Of a DNA stretch of 32,000 nucleotides, positions 8,314-17,764 are shown in pieces. The notes below the pieces were generated by a model. That model was not told the DNA's origin. It worked only from the letters and a program-made list of their open reading frames with translations, and ran no database searches. The stretch's first letter is position 1. Every line of letters begins with the position of its first letter. The DNA lies in NCBI RefSeq assembly GCF_000011805.1, contig NC_006841.2; one strand, 5' to 3'. The position numbers were made by a program, and so were the translations under genes. The DNA is from Aliivibrio fischeri ES114. GTDB taxonomy: Bacteria; Pseudomonadota; Gammaproteobacteria; Enterobacterales; Vibrionaceae.

Positions 8314-10188
8314 ATGTCTAATATTAAAAGCAGAAGAATTATGAATCGTAAAGGACTACCCGCACTAGCTTTAATCTTGTCACCAGCGCTCTTTACGCCA
8401 GTTGCGCTTGCCAATACTGAAACACAAATAACAGCTCCAGCTGCTGATTCAGTCGCCTCTATTGATGCTAAACTTGATCATAAACGCAGTGAAGTTAAAC
8501 AACTTGAAGGAACTGTTAGAAATGACCAAAATCGACTACGTGATTTACGTAATCAAAGTGATTCTTTAGACAAAAAAGCAGAACAATTAGATGCGAAACG
8601 TAAGTTAGCTCAGCGTAACTTAGATGAGCAATACAACCGCATGATTGATGACCCTGATCTTGATATCACTCCTTTCCAAAAACAATACCAAGACTCGTGG
8701 AAAGAAGTAAAAGAAAATCAAATTGCTAAGCTTGCTATTCAACAAGATATTCAAGAACAAACTCGTGTTCTAAAAAGCAATAATGCTAAAAAACAACGTG
8801 CATTAGACGAACTGGAAATTCTTGGAGAATCACGCCAAGAAGCTCGAGTTCTTCGTTTACAAGAAGAACTAGCAGCACAAGATAGTTTAGATGTTATTCA
8901 TACCATTACATGTAAAATGTCGATGACCCTTGAAGCATGTGCAAGCCAAGGTAAAACATTGAGCATGCAAAAAGCGGTAAATAACTTCCAACAACAACTC
9001 ATCAATGGTTTTACTGAAACAGATATCGTAAAACAACACGTTGATAGTGTATCGTTAAATATTCACGTATTAGATAGTGCTATTATTGATAGTGGTTTCA
9101 ACGGTAGTAACCGTTACACAACTAAGCTTCAAGCTTCTTTACGTGCTCGTCCTAACTCTACTGCTGCTTGTCAACTTCTTGGACTTGAAAACCGTTACTG
9201 TATTGAGCAATCAAACTCTTCTTCTTTGAACGATAAAATCAAAAAAGAGAAGAAATGGGTAGGTATTACTATTCGTTCAAATCGTCATGAAGATAACGTA
9301 ACAGTGAATGGCGTTAATTACGGTAGTACACCAGTAGACGTTATGCTTCCAGCTGGTCAACATCAGATCACTGTTGAGAAGTCAGGTTTCGAACCTTACC
9401 GTCGCCAAATGTCATTAACTAAAGACATTACTGTATGGGCTGATCTTAAAGAGCAAGAAAACCGTCCAAAACCAGGTAAAAAGTTTTCTGACCGATTAGG
9501 TAACAACCAATTAGCTCCTCAAATGGTAGTTATTGGTTCTGGTAATTTCCACATTGGTAAAAACGCAGCTAAGAATGTAACGATTTCTAAGGCTTACTCT
9601 ATTGGTGCAACACCTGTTACTGTAAATCAATTTAATGCATTTGTTGCTAGCACAGGTTATATCACTGAAGCTGAAAAAGGCGCAGGTTGTAATGCAATCA
9701 ATGGCGGCGAAACCAAACGTCACCAAAACCAAAACTGGCGTAAACCGGGTTTTGAGCAATCTAAAAATGCACCTGCAGTTTGTATTTCTAAAAATGATGC
9801 TGAAACTTACGCTCAATGGTTAACAAAACAGACAGGCTTTAAGTACGCACTTCCAACAGAAGCACAGTGGGAAATTGCAGCTCGTGCAGGTAGCAAAGAT
9901 GCATACTGGTGGGGTGACGATATTGGTTCAGGTAATGCAAACACAGGTTGGGGCGGCTCAACGTGGGCTAACAAGTCAACATCTCCTGTAGGCAGCTTTG
10001 GCGCAAACCCTTATGGTGTTTACGATACGGCAGGTAACGTATGGGAATGGACAAATGCGAAATCAGGTATCGTTCGTGGTGGCGCATGGAGCTTTGCACC
10101 AACAAAAGCAAAAGCTTATGAATCACTAGAATTGAACCCATCAACCAGTGCTAACTACACAGGTTTCCGAGTGGTTCGCGAGTTATAA
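8314..10188 (+). CDS. Exported coiled-coil / PEGA-domain / FGE-sulfatase (SUMF1-EgtB-PvdO) family protein
   Basis: Signal peptide (…LPALALILSPALFTPVALA). Heptad-rich, Q/K/E-rich region at about aa 50-190. PEGA-like segment 'VTVNGVNYGSTPVDVMLPAGQHQITVEKSGFEPY' (about nt 9259-9447). The C-terminal FGE fold has 'ATPVTVNQFNAFV', 'NAPAVCISKNDAETYAQWL', 'LPTEAQWEIAARAG', 'YGVYDTAGNVWEWT', 'RGGAW' and 'GFRVVRE' (about nt 9514-10185). Confidence 0.8.
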   Translation: MSNIKSRRIMNRKGLPALALILSPALFTPVALANTETQITAPAADSVASIDAKLDHKRSEVKQLEGTVRNDQNRLRDLRNQSDSLDKKAEQLDAKRKLAQRNLDEQYNRMIDDPDLDITPFQKQYQDSWKEVKENQIAKLAIQQDIQEQTRVLKSNNAKKQRALDELEILGESRQEARVLRLQEELAAQDSLDVIHTITCKMSMTLEACASQGKTLSMQKAVNNFQQQLINGFTETDIVKQHVDSVSLNIHVLDSAIIDSGFNGSNRYTTKLQASLRARPNSTAACQLLGLENRYCIEQSNSSSLNDKIKKEKKWVGITIRSNRHEDNVTVNGVNYGSTPVDVMLPAGQHQITVEKSGFEPYRRQMSLTKDITVWADLKEQENRPKPGKKFSDRLGNNQLAPQMVVIGSGNFHIGKNAAKNVTISKAYSIGATPVTVNQFNAFVASTGYITEAEKGAGCNAINGGETKRHQNQNWRKPGFEQSKNAPAVCISKNDAETYAQWLTKQTGFKYALPTEAQWEIAARAGSKDAYWWGDDIGSGNANTGWGGSTWANKSTSPVGSFGANPYGVYDTAGNVWEWTNAKSGIVRGGAWSFAPTKAKAYESLELNPSTSANYTGFRVVREL

Positions 10189-10212
10189 TTTTACTCTGTC
10201 CATCAACAACAA

Positions 10213-10246
10213 AGCCGCTGAATAGTCATGTTCAGCGGCTTTTTTA
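10213..10246 (+). terminator. Rho-independent terminator
   Basis: Perfect 10-bp stem AGCCGCTGAA (10213-10222) / TTCAGCGGCT (10231-10240), followed by TTTTT. Confidence 0.75.
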
Positions 10247-10343
10247 TTACTTAATAAAAACTGTTAAGAATAACTATTTATCAGTTTAGAAATAATGTAA
10301 ATCCTGAGATACTTTATCCATGATTCATTAGCCAATAGAAAAT

Positions 10344-11132
10344 ATGCAAGAATCCTTAGATATCAGTTGGTCGTTAATGGGGCTGTTTAGTCTTACATTA
10401 ATCATTCCATTTTCAATTAATCGCATTTACCAATTAGATCTCGCTAAAGACATGACTATCAGTGTGATTAGAATGATCACACAACTGGCTTTTATTGGTC
10501 TGTATCTTGAATTTGTCTTTCAATTAAATGATCCATTGTTAAATGCACTATGGATTGTATTAATGATTGCTATCGGTTCTAGCTCTATCATTTCTAAAGC
10601 CAAACTACCAAAAAGACGCCTGCTGTTTCCCGTAGCTACTGGTTTATTTATTGGACTTTCACCATTGGTCATTTTACTTAGTTCGGTAATTATCCAACCA
10701 ACCCCACTTTATAGCGCCCAATATGTGATCCCTTTGGCTGGAATGTTATTAGGCAATAGTTTGAGTGGAAATATCGTTGCTTTGCAAAACTTATTCACTG
10801 CATTTAAAGAACGAGAGAGTGAGTATCATGCCGCTATCGCTCTTGGCGCATCTCCGCACTATGCAACCCTTCCTTTTGTTCGTGCGGCAATGCAAAAAGC
10901 CTTTGCTCCTATTATGGCATCAATGGCTACAACAGGCTTAGTTACCCTTCCTGGCATGATGACAGGCCAAATCTTAGGAGGGGTTAACCCTATGGTTGCT
11001 ATAAAATATCAACTGCTTATTTTAATCGCTATTTTTGTTATGCTGACCATATCTGTCACTATCACATTACAACTGACCCTCAAGAACAATATTTCAAAAG
11101 AAGGGAAAGTATTAGTGCGTTTTCTTAATTAA
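10344..11132 (+). CDS. FetB/YbbM (UPF0014) family ABC-transporter permease
   Basis: 262 aa, multi-TM. 'VIPLAGMLLGNSLSG...', 'ALGASP', 'TGLVTLPGMMTGQILGGVNPMVAIKYQ' align closely with E. coli YbbM/FetB as I remember it. Confidence 0.8.
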   Translation: MQESLDISWSLMGLFSLTLIIPFSINRIYQLDLAKDMTISVIRMITQLAFIGLYLEFVFQLNDPLLNALWIVLMIAIGSSSIISKAKLPKRRLLFPVATGLFIGLSPLVILLSSVIIQPTPLYSAQYVIPLAGMLLGNSLSGNIVALQNLFTAFKERESEYHAAIALGASPHYATLPFVRAAMQKAFAPIMASMATTGLVTLPGMMTGQILGGVNPMVAIKYQLLILIAIFVMLTISVTITLQLTLKNNISKEGKVLVRFLN

Positions 11133-11167
11133 CGATCCAATAAAAAGAAATAAAGGAGCCTTCTTAC

Positions 11168-12220
11168 ATGGAATACTCAACACTTGGCAGCAGTAATCTC
11201 TCTGTTTCTCGTATCTGTTTAGGTAGCATGACTTGGGGAAAACAAAATACCCAAGAAGACGCCAATCAACAAATTGATTATGCGCTAAGCCAAGGCATCA
11301 ACTTTATCGATACCGCTGAAATGTATGCGGTACCGCCATCACCTGATACCTACGGTAAAACAGAAACCATCATTGGTAATTGGCTAGCAGCGAACCCTGA
11401 ACGACGTAAAGATATCATTTTAGCCTCTAAAATTGCAGGCCCGGGACTGCCTTGGGTTCGTGATGGTGGAGCAATCACAGGTGAAGCCGTTATTGCTGCG
11501 GTTGATGCCTCACTTACACGATTACAAACGGATTATATTGACCTCTACCAACTGCATTGGCCAAACCGTACTTCCCCACATTTTGGTAAGCACTTTCCAA
11601 ATCAATTCAAATTCAGTGAATTCGATGCAAAGAAAGAAGAAGCCGATATGCTTGAAATTTTACAAGCACTGGATACTTGTGTGAAAGCAGGAAAAATCCA
11701 CCATATAGGATTATCAGACGATACTCCGTGGGGCATCAATACTTATCTTAAATTGAGTGAAAAATACGATTTACCAAGAATGGTTTCAATTCAAAACGAA
11801 TTCAGCTTATTGCACGCAAAAGACTGGCCTTATCTCATTGAAAACTGTATTCATGAAAATGTGGCTTACCTACCTTGGTCACCACTGGCTGGCGGCATGT
11901 TAAGTGGTAAATATTTAGATGGTAAAATGCCAGAAGGCAGCCGTTGGACCTTCTCACAACGTAACGGTATTTTCCGAGATACACCTGCGGCAAATGAAGC
12001 GGTACGTGCCTATATGAATGTTGCTGAGAAACACGGTTATACACCTTGCCAATTAGCATTAGCTTGGTGTGATCAAGTAGACGGTGTCACGTCTACTATT
12101 ATTGGTGCAACGTCGCTAGAGCAATTAAAAGAAGATATCGAAGCGTTCTCAAAACCATTAAGTAACGAAGTTATTTCAGATATTAATACGGTATTTAGAC
12201 AATACCCAATGCCGTTTTAA
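11168..12220 (+). CDS. tas: NADP(H)-dependent aldo-keto reductase, Tas-like
   Basis: 350 aa with an AAGGAG SD. 'LGSMTWGKQNTQEDANQQIDYALSQGINFIDTAEMYAVPP', 'LQTDYIDLYQLHWP' and 'PRMVSIQNEFSLL' closely parallel E. coli Tas. Confidence 0.85.
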   Translation: MEYSTLGSSNLSVSRICLGSMTWGKQNTQEDANQQIDYALSQGINFIDTAEMYAVPPSPDTYGKTETIIGNWLAANPERRKDIILASKIAGPGLPWVRDGGAITGEAVIAAVDASLTRLQTDYIDLYQLHWPNRTSPHFGKHFPNQFKFSEFDAKKEEADMLEILQALDTCVKAGKIHHIGLSDDTPWGINTYLKLSEKYDLPRMVSIQNEFSLLHAKDWPYLIENCIHENVAYLPWSPLAGGMLSGKYLDGKMPEGSRWTFSQRNGIFRDTPAANEAVRAYMNVAEKHGYTPCQLALAWCDQVDGVTSTIIGATSLEQLKEDIEAFSKPLSNEVISDINTVFRQYPMPF

Positions 12221-12250
12221 TTAATAAATTAGATGATCACCACATAGAAA

Positions 12251-12288
12251 AATGGCGCATCCTATCTTGATGCACCATTTTATTTTTT
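12251..12288 (+). terminator. Rho-independent terminator of the tas-like gene
   Basis: Stem AATGGCGCATC (12251-12261) / GATGCACCATT (12269-12279) with one G-T pair, followed by a T-rich tract. Confidence 0.55.
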
Positions 12289-12306
12289 AGTCCTAGGTAA
12301 AAATTT

Positions 12307-12485
12307 ATACCAATCCGGATAAGTAGTTGATCAGATAATTGCGTAGGAAAAATCGATTAAAGCAAGGCATAAATTGCAGTAACTAGTGGCTCTAATTACA
12401 CCTAATTTTTGCAATAGAAAGGTATAACGCAGCTATAATCGATTTTAACAAGCAAGAATGATCAAATATTTATGTGGATTGGTAT
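12307..12485. repeat. ~180-bp imperfect inverted-repeat element (possible MITE-like remnant or structured RNA)
   Basis: The outer 27-bp arms 12307-12333 / 12459-12485 differ at 4 positions within the 26-nt core I compared by hand. The inner pair is perfect over 11 bp: AAAATCGATTA (12349-12359) / TAATCGATTTT (12436-12446), in register with the outer arms. Confidence 0.4.
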
Positions 12486-15400
12486 CACTTAGCTTCTAAC
12501 GATAATAATACGCTACTGGTGTCTTGTTCGATGTCAAAACGGCTATCCAGTAAGAATACACGAGCGGCATCAACTTTCACCACATCCACCAAATACGCTT
12601 TTACCGCTTGAGCACGCTGTTGAGCTAATTGACCAAGCTCCGCTTCATCTATTTTTTGCTTATTTAAAACCAAATTATATAAAGCAATATGCCAACGTTT
12701 ATTTAACTCTTCATCCGTTAACTCTATATCTTTTGCTTCTTCTTCGTCTTCAATTCGATCTTTTACTTCAGTAGCTTTTTCATCGTACTCCGCTTTATAT
12801 ATACTTTGCAAAGCGTCTGATAATGGACCCGAAGTTGGCATTGAACTCGCTGTTAAGTTTTGAGGTAATTCATTTTCTGGGATTTTAGCTGCTTCCACTA
12901 ATAACTGATTAAAATGCTGTAACTCAAGCGCCTTACTGTCTTCTTGCGCATTCACCGCACCATCAACAGTTAATTTTAGTTTAGGACGAGTTTCAAGTGC
13001 TTTACCTAAGGTCTGTAGCTTCTCTTGCTCTTCGACTGTTAAGTCATCAGTACCAAATTGAAAGGCAATCACATTTAGTTCTTCATCAGAACCAGCAAGG
13101 CCGGCAATGAACGAAAATGGGGCTGTGACTGCTTTGGTGATGATATTTGAAATCGTACTCCAAATAACAGCACCTAAGCTAAATTCCGGATCGTTTACAT
13201 CACCAGATACTTCAACCCCAAGATCAATCACTCCATCGTTATCTTGCAATAAAGCAATCGCCAGCTCTAATGGTAGTGAGGTTGCTAAATCACTGTCACT
13301 GGCTTTACCTAATTGCAGCTGATCAATAATCACATGGTTCTCACCTTTTAGCTGATTATTTTCTAACTGATAATTAAGCGCTAAGGTTAATTGCCCTTTA
13401 TCAATATAGTGACCTGCATATGTGCCTGAATACGGATTTACCGTCGTCAACTCTACGCTCTTAAATACCACATCCAAATCTAAATACGGCTGCTTCAGTA
13501 ATGGGTTAATTTCCCCTTTCACTTTTACTGGTGCGTATTTTTCAATGTTACCGCTAATATCAACCGTCGCCTTTGTTCCTGGAATACTCGATACATGGCC
13601 AATGTTGCCTTTTAATTGTTCGATACCAGAAGAGAAATTCGGCGTCAGTGAGTTATCAGCAAAGAAAGCCGAACCATTATTAAACGCTATCTTTCTAACG
13701 CTTAATGCAAACGGTTTCTGACCCTTTTTCTTCGTTGTCGATTTTGATTTTTTAGCTTTAGGTTGAGCAACAATCAAATCACCGATATTGGTGGAACGAT
13801 CTTTGTTAATCACTACTCGAGCATAAGGCTGACTAACACTTAGTGTATCAATAGCTAACTTAGACTTTTGTAAATCAAAATCAAATTTGTTCACCGCTAA
13901 TGAGCGCCATTTTACAAACGGCTTTCTCAGCTTATTATCACGAATAGAAAGATGATTAACTTGCACCCCACCATTCACGATAACCTTGCCTTCTGCATTA
14001 GCATTTAACTTAGCTTGTGTATTCACTTCACCTTTAGTGAGCGTAGCATTTACTGCTGTTGCTAAATAAGGCTGAAACTGAGCAAGTTTTAATGATTTAA
14101 CATCAATATCAGCCATTACGGCTTGTTGTTTAGCATCAGCCTGGCCTTTAACGCTTATATCCCCTTTGCTATTAACTGAAGCAAAGAAATCAAAATCAAT
14201 AGGCTTAGATAAATCACTGACAATTTGACTCGTCGTTAAATTAATAGGAGAAATCTGCCACAGGTTAGCTTTTTTAGTAATAACCTTTTCTTCTACATTT
14301 AGCTGGTAATCTTTAATTTCTATACCATCAAGCGTTACCAACCATGACGGGGAAACTTCTGTAGATTTTGGTTCTGTTTCTACTGAATCATCTTTATGTT
14401 CTTTTGGTGCTTCAGCAATAAACTTAGGTGTGAATAAATTAACAAGGTCTGCGCCCTTATCATCCACTTTTGCTGAAACCTGTAAGCCTTGTGAAGTAAC
14501 AGATGCAATCGTAACAGTTTGCTTTTCTACATTCGTTGCAATGCCCTTTACGGAGAAACTAGGCAGTGAAACAATGGATTTATCTTCTGCATTAAAATTT
14601 AAGTGATTAACAGAGAAGACGCCTTCATCAGTAGTGATGCTCATCGTATCGTCACTTTCAGTATCACCGATGGTTTGAGCCACATGATAGTTCGATGAAA
14701 AATTCACATTCCCTGAGGTTAATTTGGCAATAATGTCTTTTTCAATAAAGCCCCATAAGCGTGGTAATTCAATCTTCTGAACATGAATATCACCGACCAC
14801 TTCTAACGGTTTTAATTGCACTTGACCTTTGAGCTCTACCTTGCCCGAATCTGCATCTGTAATTTGTAGACGATACTCATTCTTATACTCAGTATTCGTT
14901 AATAAGCTTTGTGTAGAAAATGAACCCAACGTGAAGTTGATATCTGGATAAACTAACTCTGTTTCAGTGACACCATCAAAAAATCTGACATGACCTTGAG
15001 CTAGTCTTGTTTGTTTAATCAAAACAGGAAATAACGCTTTATGACGATCAATTGGCTCTTCTATTGATGGTTCTACTTTTTCTTCTGAAGCCAAATTACG
15101 TGCAACCGCACTTAAAATATCATTGAAATTAAATACCAATTGTTCGGTATCATTTAAACGTTCAATATCAACATAAGGTTTATCTAATGCAATATATTCA
15201 ACTGAAATTGCTGCATTAAAAATCGACTTCCAAAAGTTAACTTTTACGCCAGCATTCTCAAAGCGCACAAAGGAAGTTGAAGATTCAGCGTCCTGAATGG
15301 AAAACTGATGAAGATCTAATTGAAGAGTAAAAGGATTAAACGTCACGTCAGCTAACGTTACAGGACGTTCTATAAGTTTAGAAAGCTGTTCAGGGATCTG

Positions 15401-15538
15401 CTGCTTAGCAATATATGGTACCAGTAAGCCAAACAATGCAGCATATAAAAGATAAGCACTTAATGCATACGTACTCCAGCGAATACGGCGAGGAAAAGAA
15501 CGAAACTTTTCAACTACAGCTTTAAATTTGTTCGACAT
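12485..15538 (-). CDS. DUF748 domain-containing large envelope protein (AsmA-like clan)
   Basis: 1017 aa with a single N-terminal TM anchor (…YALSAYLLYAALFGLLVPYIA). The opening 'PVTLADVTFNPFTLQLDLHQFSI' and the long beta-rich repetitive body are typical of DUF748 proteins. Confidence 0.75.
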   Translation of the reverse strand: MSNKFKAVVEKFRSFPRRIRWSTYALSAYLLYAALFGLLVPYIAKQQIPEQLSKLIERPVTLADVTFNPFTLQLDLHQFSIQDAESSTSFVRFENAGVKVNFWKSIFNAAISVEYIALDKPYVDIERLNDTEQLVFNFNDILSAVARNLASEEKVEPSIEEPIDRHKALFPVLIKQTRLAQGHVRFFDGVTETELVYPDINFTLGSFSTQSLLTNTEYKNEYRLQITDADSGKVELKGQVQLKPLEVVGDIHVQKIELPRLWGFIEKDIIAKLTSGNVNFSSNYHVAQTIGDTESDDTMSITTDEGVFSVNHLNFNAEDKSIVSLPSFSVKGIATNVEKQTVTIASVTSQGLQVSAKVDDKGADLVNLFTPKFIAEAPKEHKDDSVETEPKSTEVSPSWLVTLDGIEIKDYQLNVEEKVITKKANLWQISPINLTTSQIVSDLSKPIDFDFFASVNSKGDISVKGQADAKQQAVMADIDVKSLKLAQFQPYLATAVNATLTKGEVNTQAKLNANAEGKVIVNGGVQVNHLSIRDNKLRKPFVKWRSLAVNKFDFDLQKSKLAIDTLSVSQPYARVVINKDRSTNIGDLIVAQPKAKKSKSTTKKKGQKPFALSVRKIAFNNGSAFFADNSLTPNFSSGIEQLKGNIGHVSSIPGTKATVDISGNIEKYAPVKVKGEINPLLKQPYLDLDVVFKSVELTTVNPYSGTYAGHYIDKGQLTLALNYQLENNQLKGENHVIIDQLQLGKASDSDLATSLPLELAIALLQDNDGVIDLGVEVSGDVNDPEFSLGAVIWSTISNIITKAVTAPFSFIAGLAGSDEELNVIAFQFGTDDLTVEEQEKLQTLGKALETRPKLKLTVDGAVNAQEDSKALELQHFNQLLVEAAKIPENELPQNLTASSMPTSGPLSDALQSIYKAEYDEKATEVKDRIEDEEEAKDIELTDEELNKRWHIALYNLVLNKQKIDEAELGQLAQQRAQAVKAYLVDVVKVDAARVFLLDSRFDIEQDTSSVLLSLEAK

Positions 15539-15860
15539 TTTTACCTACTACTCCTACGTCTATAGCAGTCTCATGACGTATTAAGCATTCTTAATATAAT
15601 CATTAACGATTCAAAATCAGTAATTATTACTTTTATCTATAGACAGAACAAAAAACATCAAAATTCTATCTATACAATATGCTTATGTCTAGCAATCTCC
15701 TTTGATTGGCTCGCAAAATCACAAGATATTTAATTTGGAATGAAAATCACACTCGAATACGTTTATTAATCTGAACTCTAGAACAACTAGAATAAGAGAA
15801 AATTTCGTGGCATAGTCACTTTAAATACAGCAAGTTACCTCCTTAATAAGGACTGTTTAC

Positions 15861-16766
15861 ATGAAAAAAAACCGCCTTCTTACTGCTTTAGCATTATTTT
15901 TTTGCTCTGCCCCAAGTTTTGCCAATATATCTAATTTAACGGCAGGGCAATGCCAAGCAATGATTGGTAAAGGCGTAATGTCAACTAAAGCACCCGTTCA
16001 ATGTGACCGCTTACGTAACGTCACCTTTAAGCATTACACGTTTAATGGGAAAACAGCGACAGGTAAACTTGTTGTCTTAGATGCAGTGGCGTCTCACGTT
16101 GAACGTATTTTTGATGAGTTGTATCAGCAAGGCTTTCCAATTGCCCTAGCAAAACCCATTGAGTATTACGCTGGTAATGATAATAAATCCATGGATGCAA
16201 ACAACACTTCAGCATTTAACTATCGACCTATTGTCGGTAAATCTTCTCTCTCTTTACATGCTTATGGCGCAGCTATTGATATCAACCCATTACAGAATCC
16301 GTTTGTTGAATTTACTTCATGGGGAACCGCGACTTTTAAACCATTAAAAGGTCATGAATATTCAAACCGAATGCTGCAACGTTTAGGTAAGGAAGATAGA
16401 AAGGGATTTGCAGAGGAAGTGATTAATATTTTTGCTCAAAATGGATTCATTTATTGGGGCGGATATTGGGATACACCCATTGATTTTCAGCACTTTCAAA
16501 CCAGTCGTGATATGGCGTATTTAATGACTGCAATGCCAACCAAAGAGGCGTCCCTATTCTTTAATCATTATGTTGATTGGGTTCAGTCATGCCAACAAAA
16601 TTACGGTTCTAAGCAGATGAATAAATTCAAAGATTACACTTCATATTTGCAAACAGAATTAAAAACAACGACGTCTTTAAACCGTTTGTATAAAGCCAAC
16701 CCTAACGCTGTGATGCAAGCTATAAACAAAAAAGCGCACGTGTCACAATCTCGTTGCTTTAAATAA
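15861..16766 (+). CDS. Secreted M15-family zinc metallopeptidase (D-Ala-D-Ala carboxypeptidase/LD-peptidase-like)
   Basis: Signal peptide MKKNRLLTALALFFCSAPSFA. 'SLHAYGAAIDINP' (SxHxxGxAxD motif) and 'GFIYWGGYW...DFQHFQ' (C-terminal His motif). Confidence 0.75.
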   Translation: MKKNRLLTALALFFCSAPSFANISNLTAGQCQAMIGKGVMSTKAPVQCDRLRNVTFKHYTFNGKTATGKLVVLDAVASHVERIFDELYQQGFPIALAKPIEYYAGNDNKSMDANNTSAFNYRPIVGKSSLSLHAYGAAIDINPLQNPFVEFTSWGTATFKPLKGHEYSNRMLQRLGKEDRKGFAEEVINIFAQNGFIYWGGYWDTPIDFQHFQTSRDMAYLMTAMPTKEASLFFNHYVDWVQSCQQNYGSKQMNKFKDYTSYLQTELKTTTSLNRLYKANPNAVMQAINKKAHVSQSRCFK

Positions 16767-16785
16767 CCTGAATCCTGAAAAGCAT

Positions 16786-16821
16786 AAACCCGTTGAACTC
16801 TCATTCAACGGGTTTATTTTT
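16786..16821. terminator. Bidirectional terminator between the convergent M15 peptidase and speB genes
   Basis: Perfect 12-bp stem AAACCCGTTGAA (16786-16797) / TTCAACGGGTTT (16804-16815), followed by ATTTTT. Confidence 0.75.
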
Positions 16822-16837
16822 ACTCAGCTTATCACGC

Positions 16838-17764
16838 TTATTTGTTTAAACGATTCGCAGTCCAAACATACAAAAGCTCTAAAGCAATCGTTGCACCAGC
16901 CAATGCCGTGATATCACTTTGATCATACGCAGGTGATACTTCTACCACATCCATACCAACCATGTTGATACCTTGCAAACCACGGATGATTTTTAAGATC
17001 TTATCTGAGTTCAAGCCACCACATACCGGTGTGCCTGTACCCGGCGCAAAGGCAGGATCAAGACAATCAATATCAAACGTTAGGTATACTGGTTTGTCAC
17101 CAACAATGCCTTTTACTTGCTCGATAATAGCATCAACACTCATGTCATTGGCTTGCATTGCGTTAATCACATTAAAGCCGTGATCTTTTTGGTCATACTC
17201 AGTACGAATACCAATTTGAACAGAGTGCTCAGGTGAAATAAGCCCTTCATTTGGAGCATGATAGAACATAGTACCGTGATCGTAGCGGCTACCATGACTA
17301 TAAGTGTCAGTATGAGCATCAAAATGAATTAATGCCATTTCACCGTATTTTTTACCATAAGCACGTAGCAAAGGCAGAGTAATAAAGTGATCACCACCTA
17401 GACCTAATAGTGTTTTACCACTATTTAGGATCGCATCAGCTGCCGCTTCAAGGCGTACCGTTAAATCTTCCGCATCGCCAGTATCAAAAACAAGGTCACC
17501 TGAATCAATCACTTTTGTATGATCAAATACATTGAAATCCCATGGGAATTTTTTACCTTCCCACGCTAGATTTACCGATGCACGACGGATCGCATCAGGA
17601 CCTAAACGCGCACCAGGGCGACCTGAGGTTGCCATATCTAATGGTGCACCTAATACAACAATATCTGCGTCGTTATCAATTGGGTTTTGTACCAATGGGC
17701 GACGCATAAATGTCATTGCATTTGAGTACAATGAATAATCTTTTTTGGTGAATAAATCGTTCAT
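16838..17764 (-). CDS. speB: Agmatinase
   Basis: 308 aa. 'FMRRP...[23 protein letters not shown]', '[13 protein letters not shown]', 'HFDAHTDT', '[19 protein letters not shown]'. The start overlaps the speA stop (TAATG). Confidence 0.95.
   Translation of the reverse strand: MNDLFTKKDYSLYSNAMTFMRRPLVQNPIDNDADIVVLGAPLDMATSGRPGARLGPDAIRRASVNLAWEGKKFPWDFNVFDHTKVIDSGDLVFDTGDAEDLTVRLEAAADAILNSGKTLLGLGGDHFITLPLLRAYGKKYGEMALIHFDAHTDTYSHGSRYDHGTMFYHAPNEGLISPEHSVQIGIRTEYDQKDHGFNVINAMQANDMSVDAIIEQVKGIVGDKPVYLTFDIDCLDPAFAPGTGTPVCGGLNSDKILKIIRGLQGINMVGMDVVEVSPAYDQSDITALAGATIALELLYVWTANRLNK

Noticed and set aside
9511-9823. ORFs 9511-9816 (-) and 9635-9823 (+, alternative frame) inside the FGE-like gene.
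   Set aside because: They overlap the FGE-fold motif region, which reads cleanly in the 8314 frame. These are shadow or alternative-frame ORFs.
11433-12059. ORFs 11433-11684 (+) and 11835-12059 (-) inside the tas-like gene.
   Set aside because: Off-frame or antisense within an aldo-keto reductase that is collinear with E. coli Tas.
13107-13721. Plus-strand ORFs 13107-13322 and 13422-13721 inside the DUF748 gene. The analogous antisense ORFs in speB/speA (16962-19661), the HMGR gene (20210-20479, 21017-21253), blc (21398-21893), the FadL-like gene (22784-23086), the LRR-kinase gene (24624-24851), astB (26045-26929) and rarD (30041-30274) belong in the same class.
   Set aside because: All are antisense or off-frame inside longer, motif-supported CDSs. 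None has an SD or any recognisable domain.
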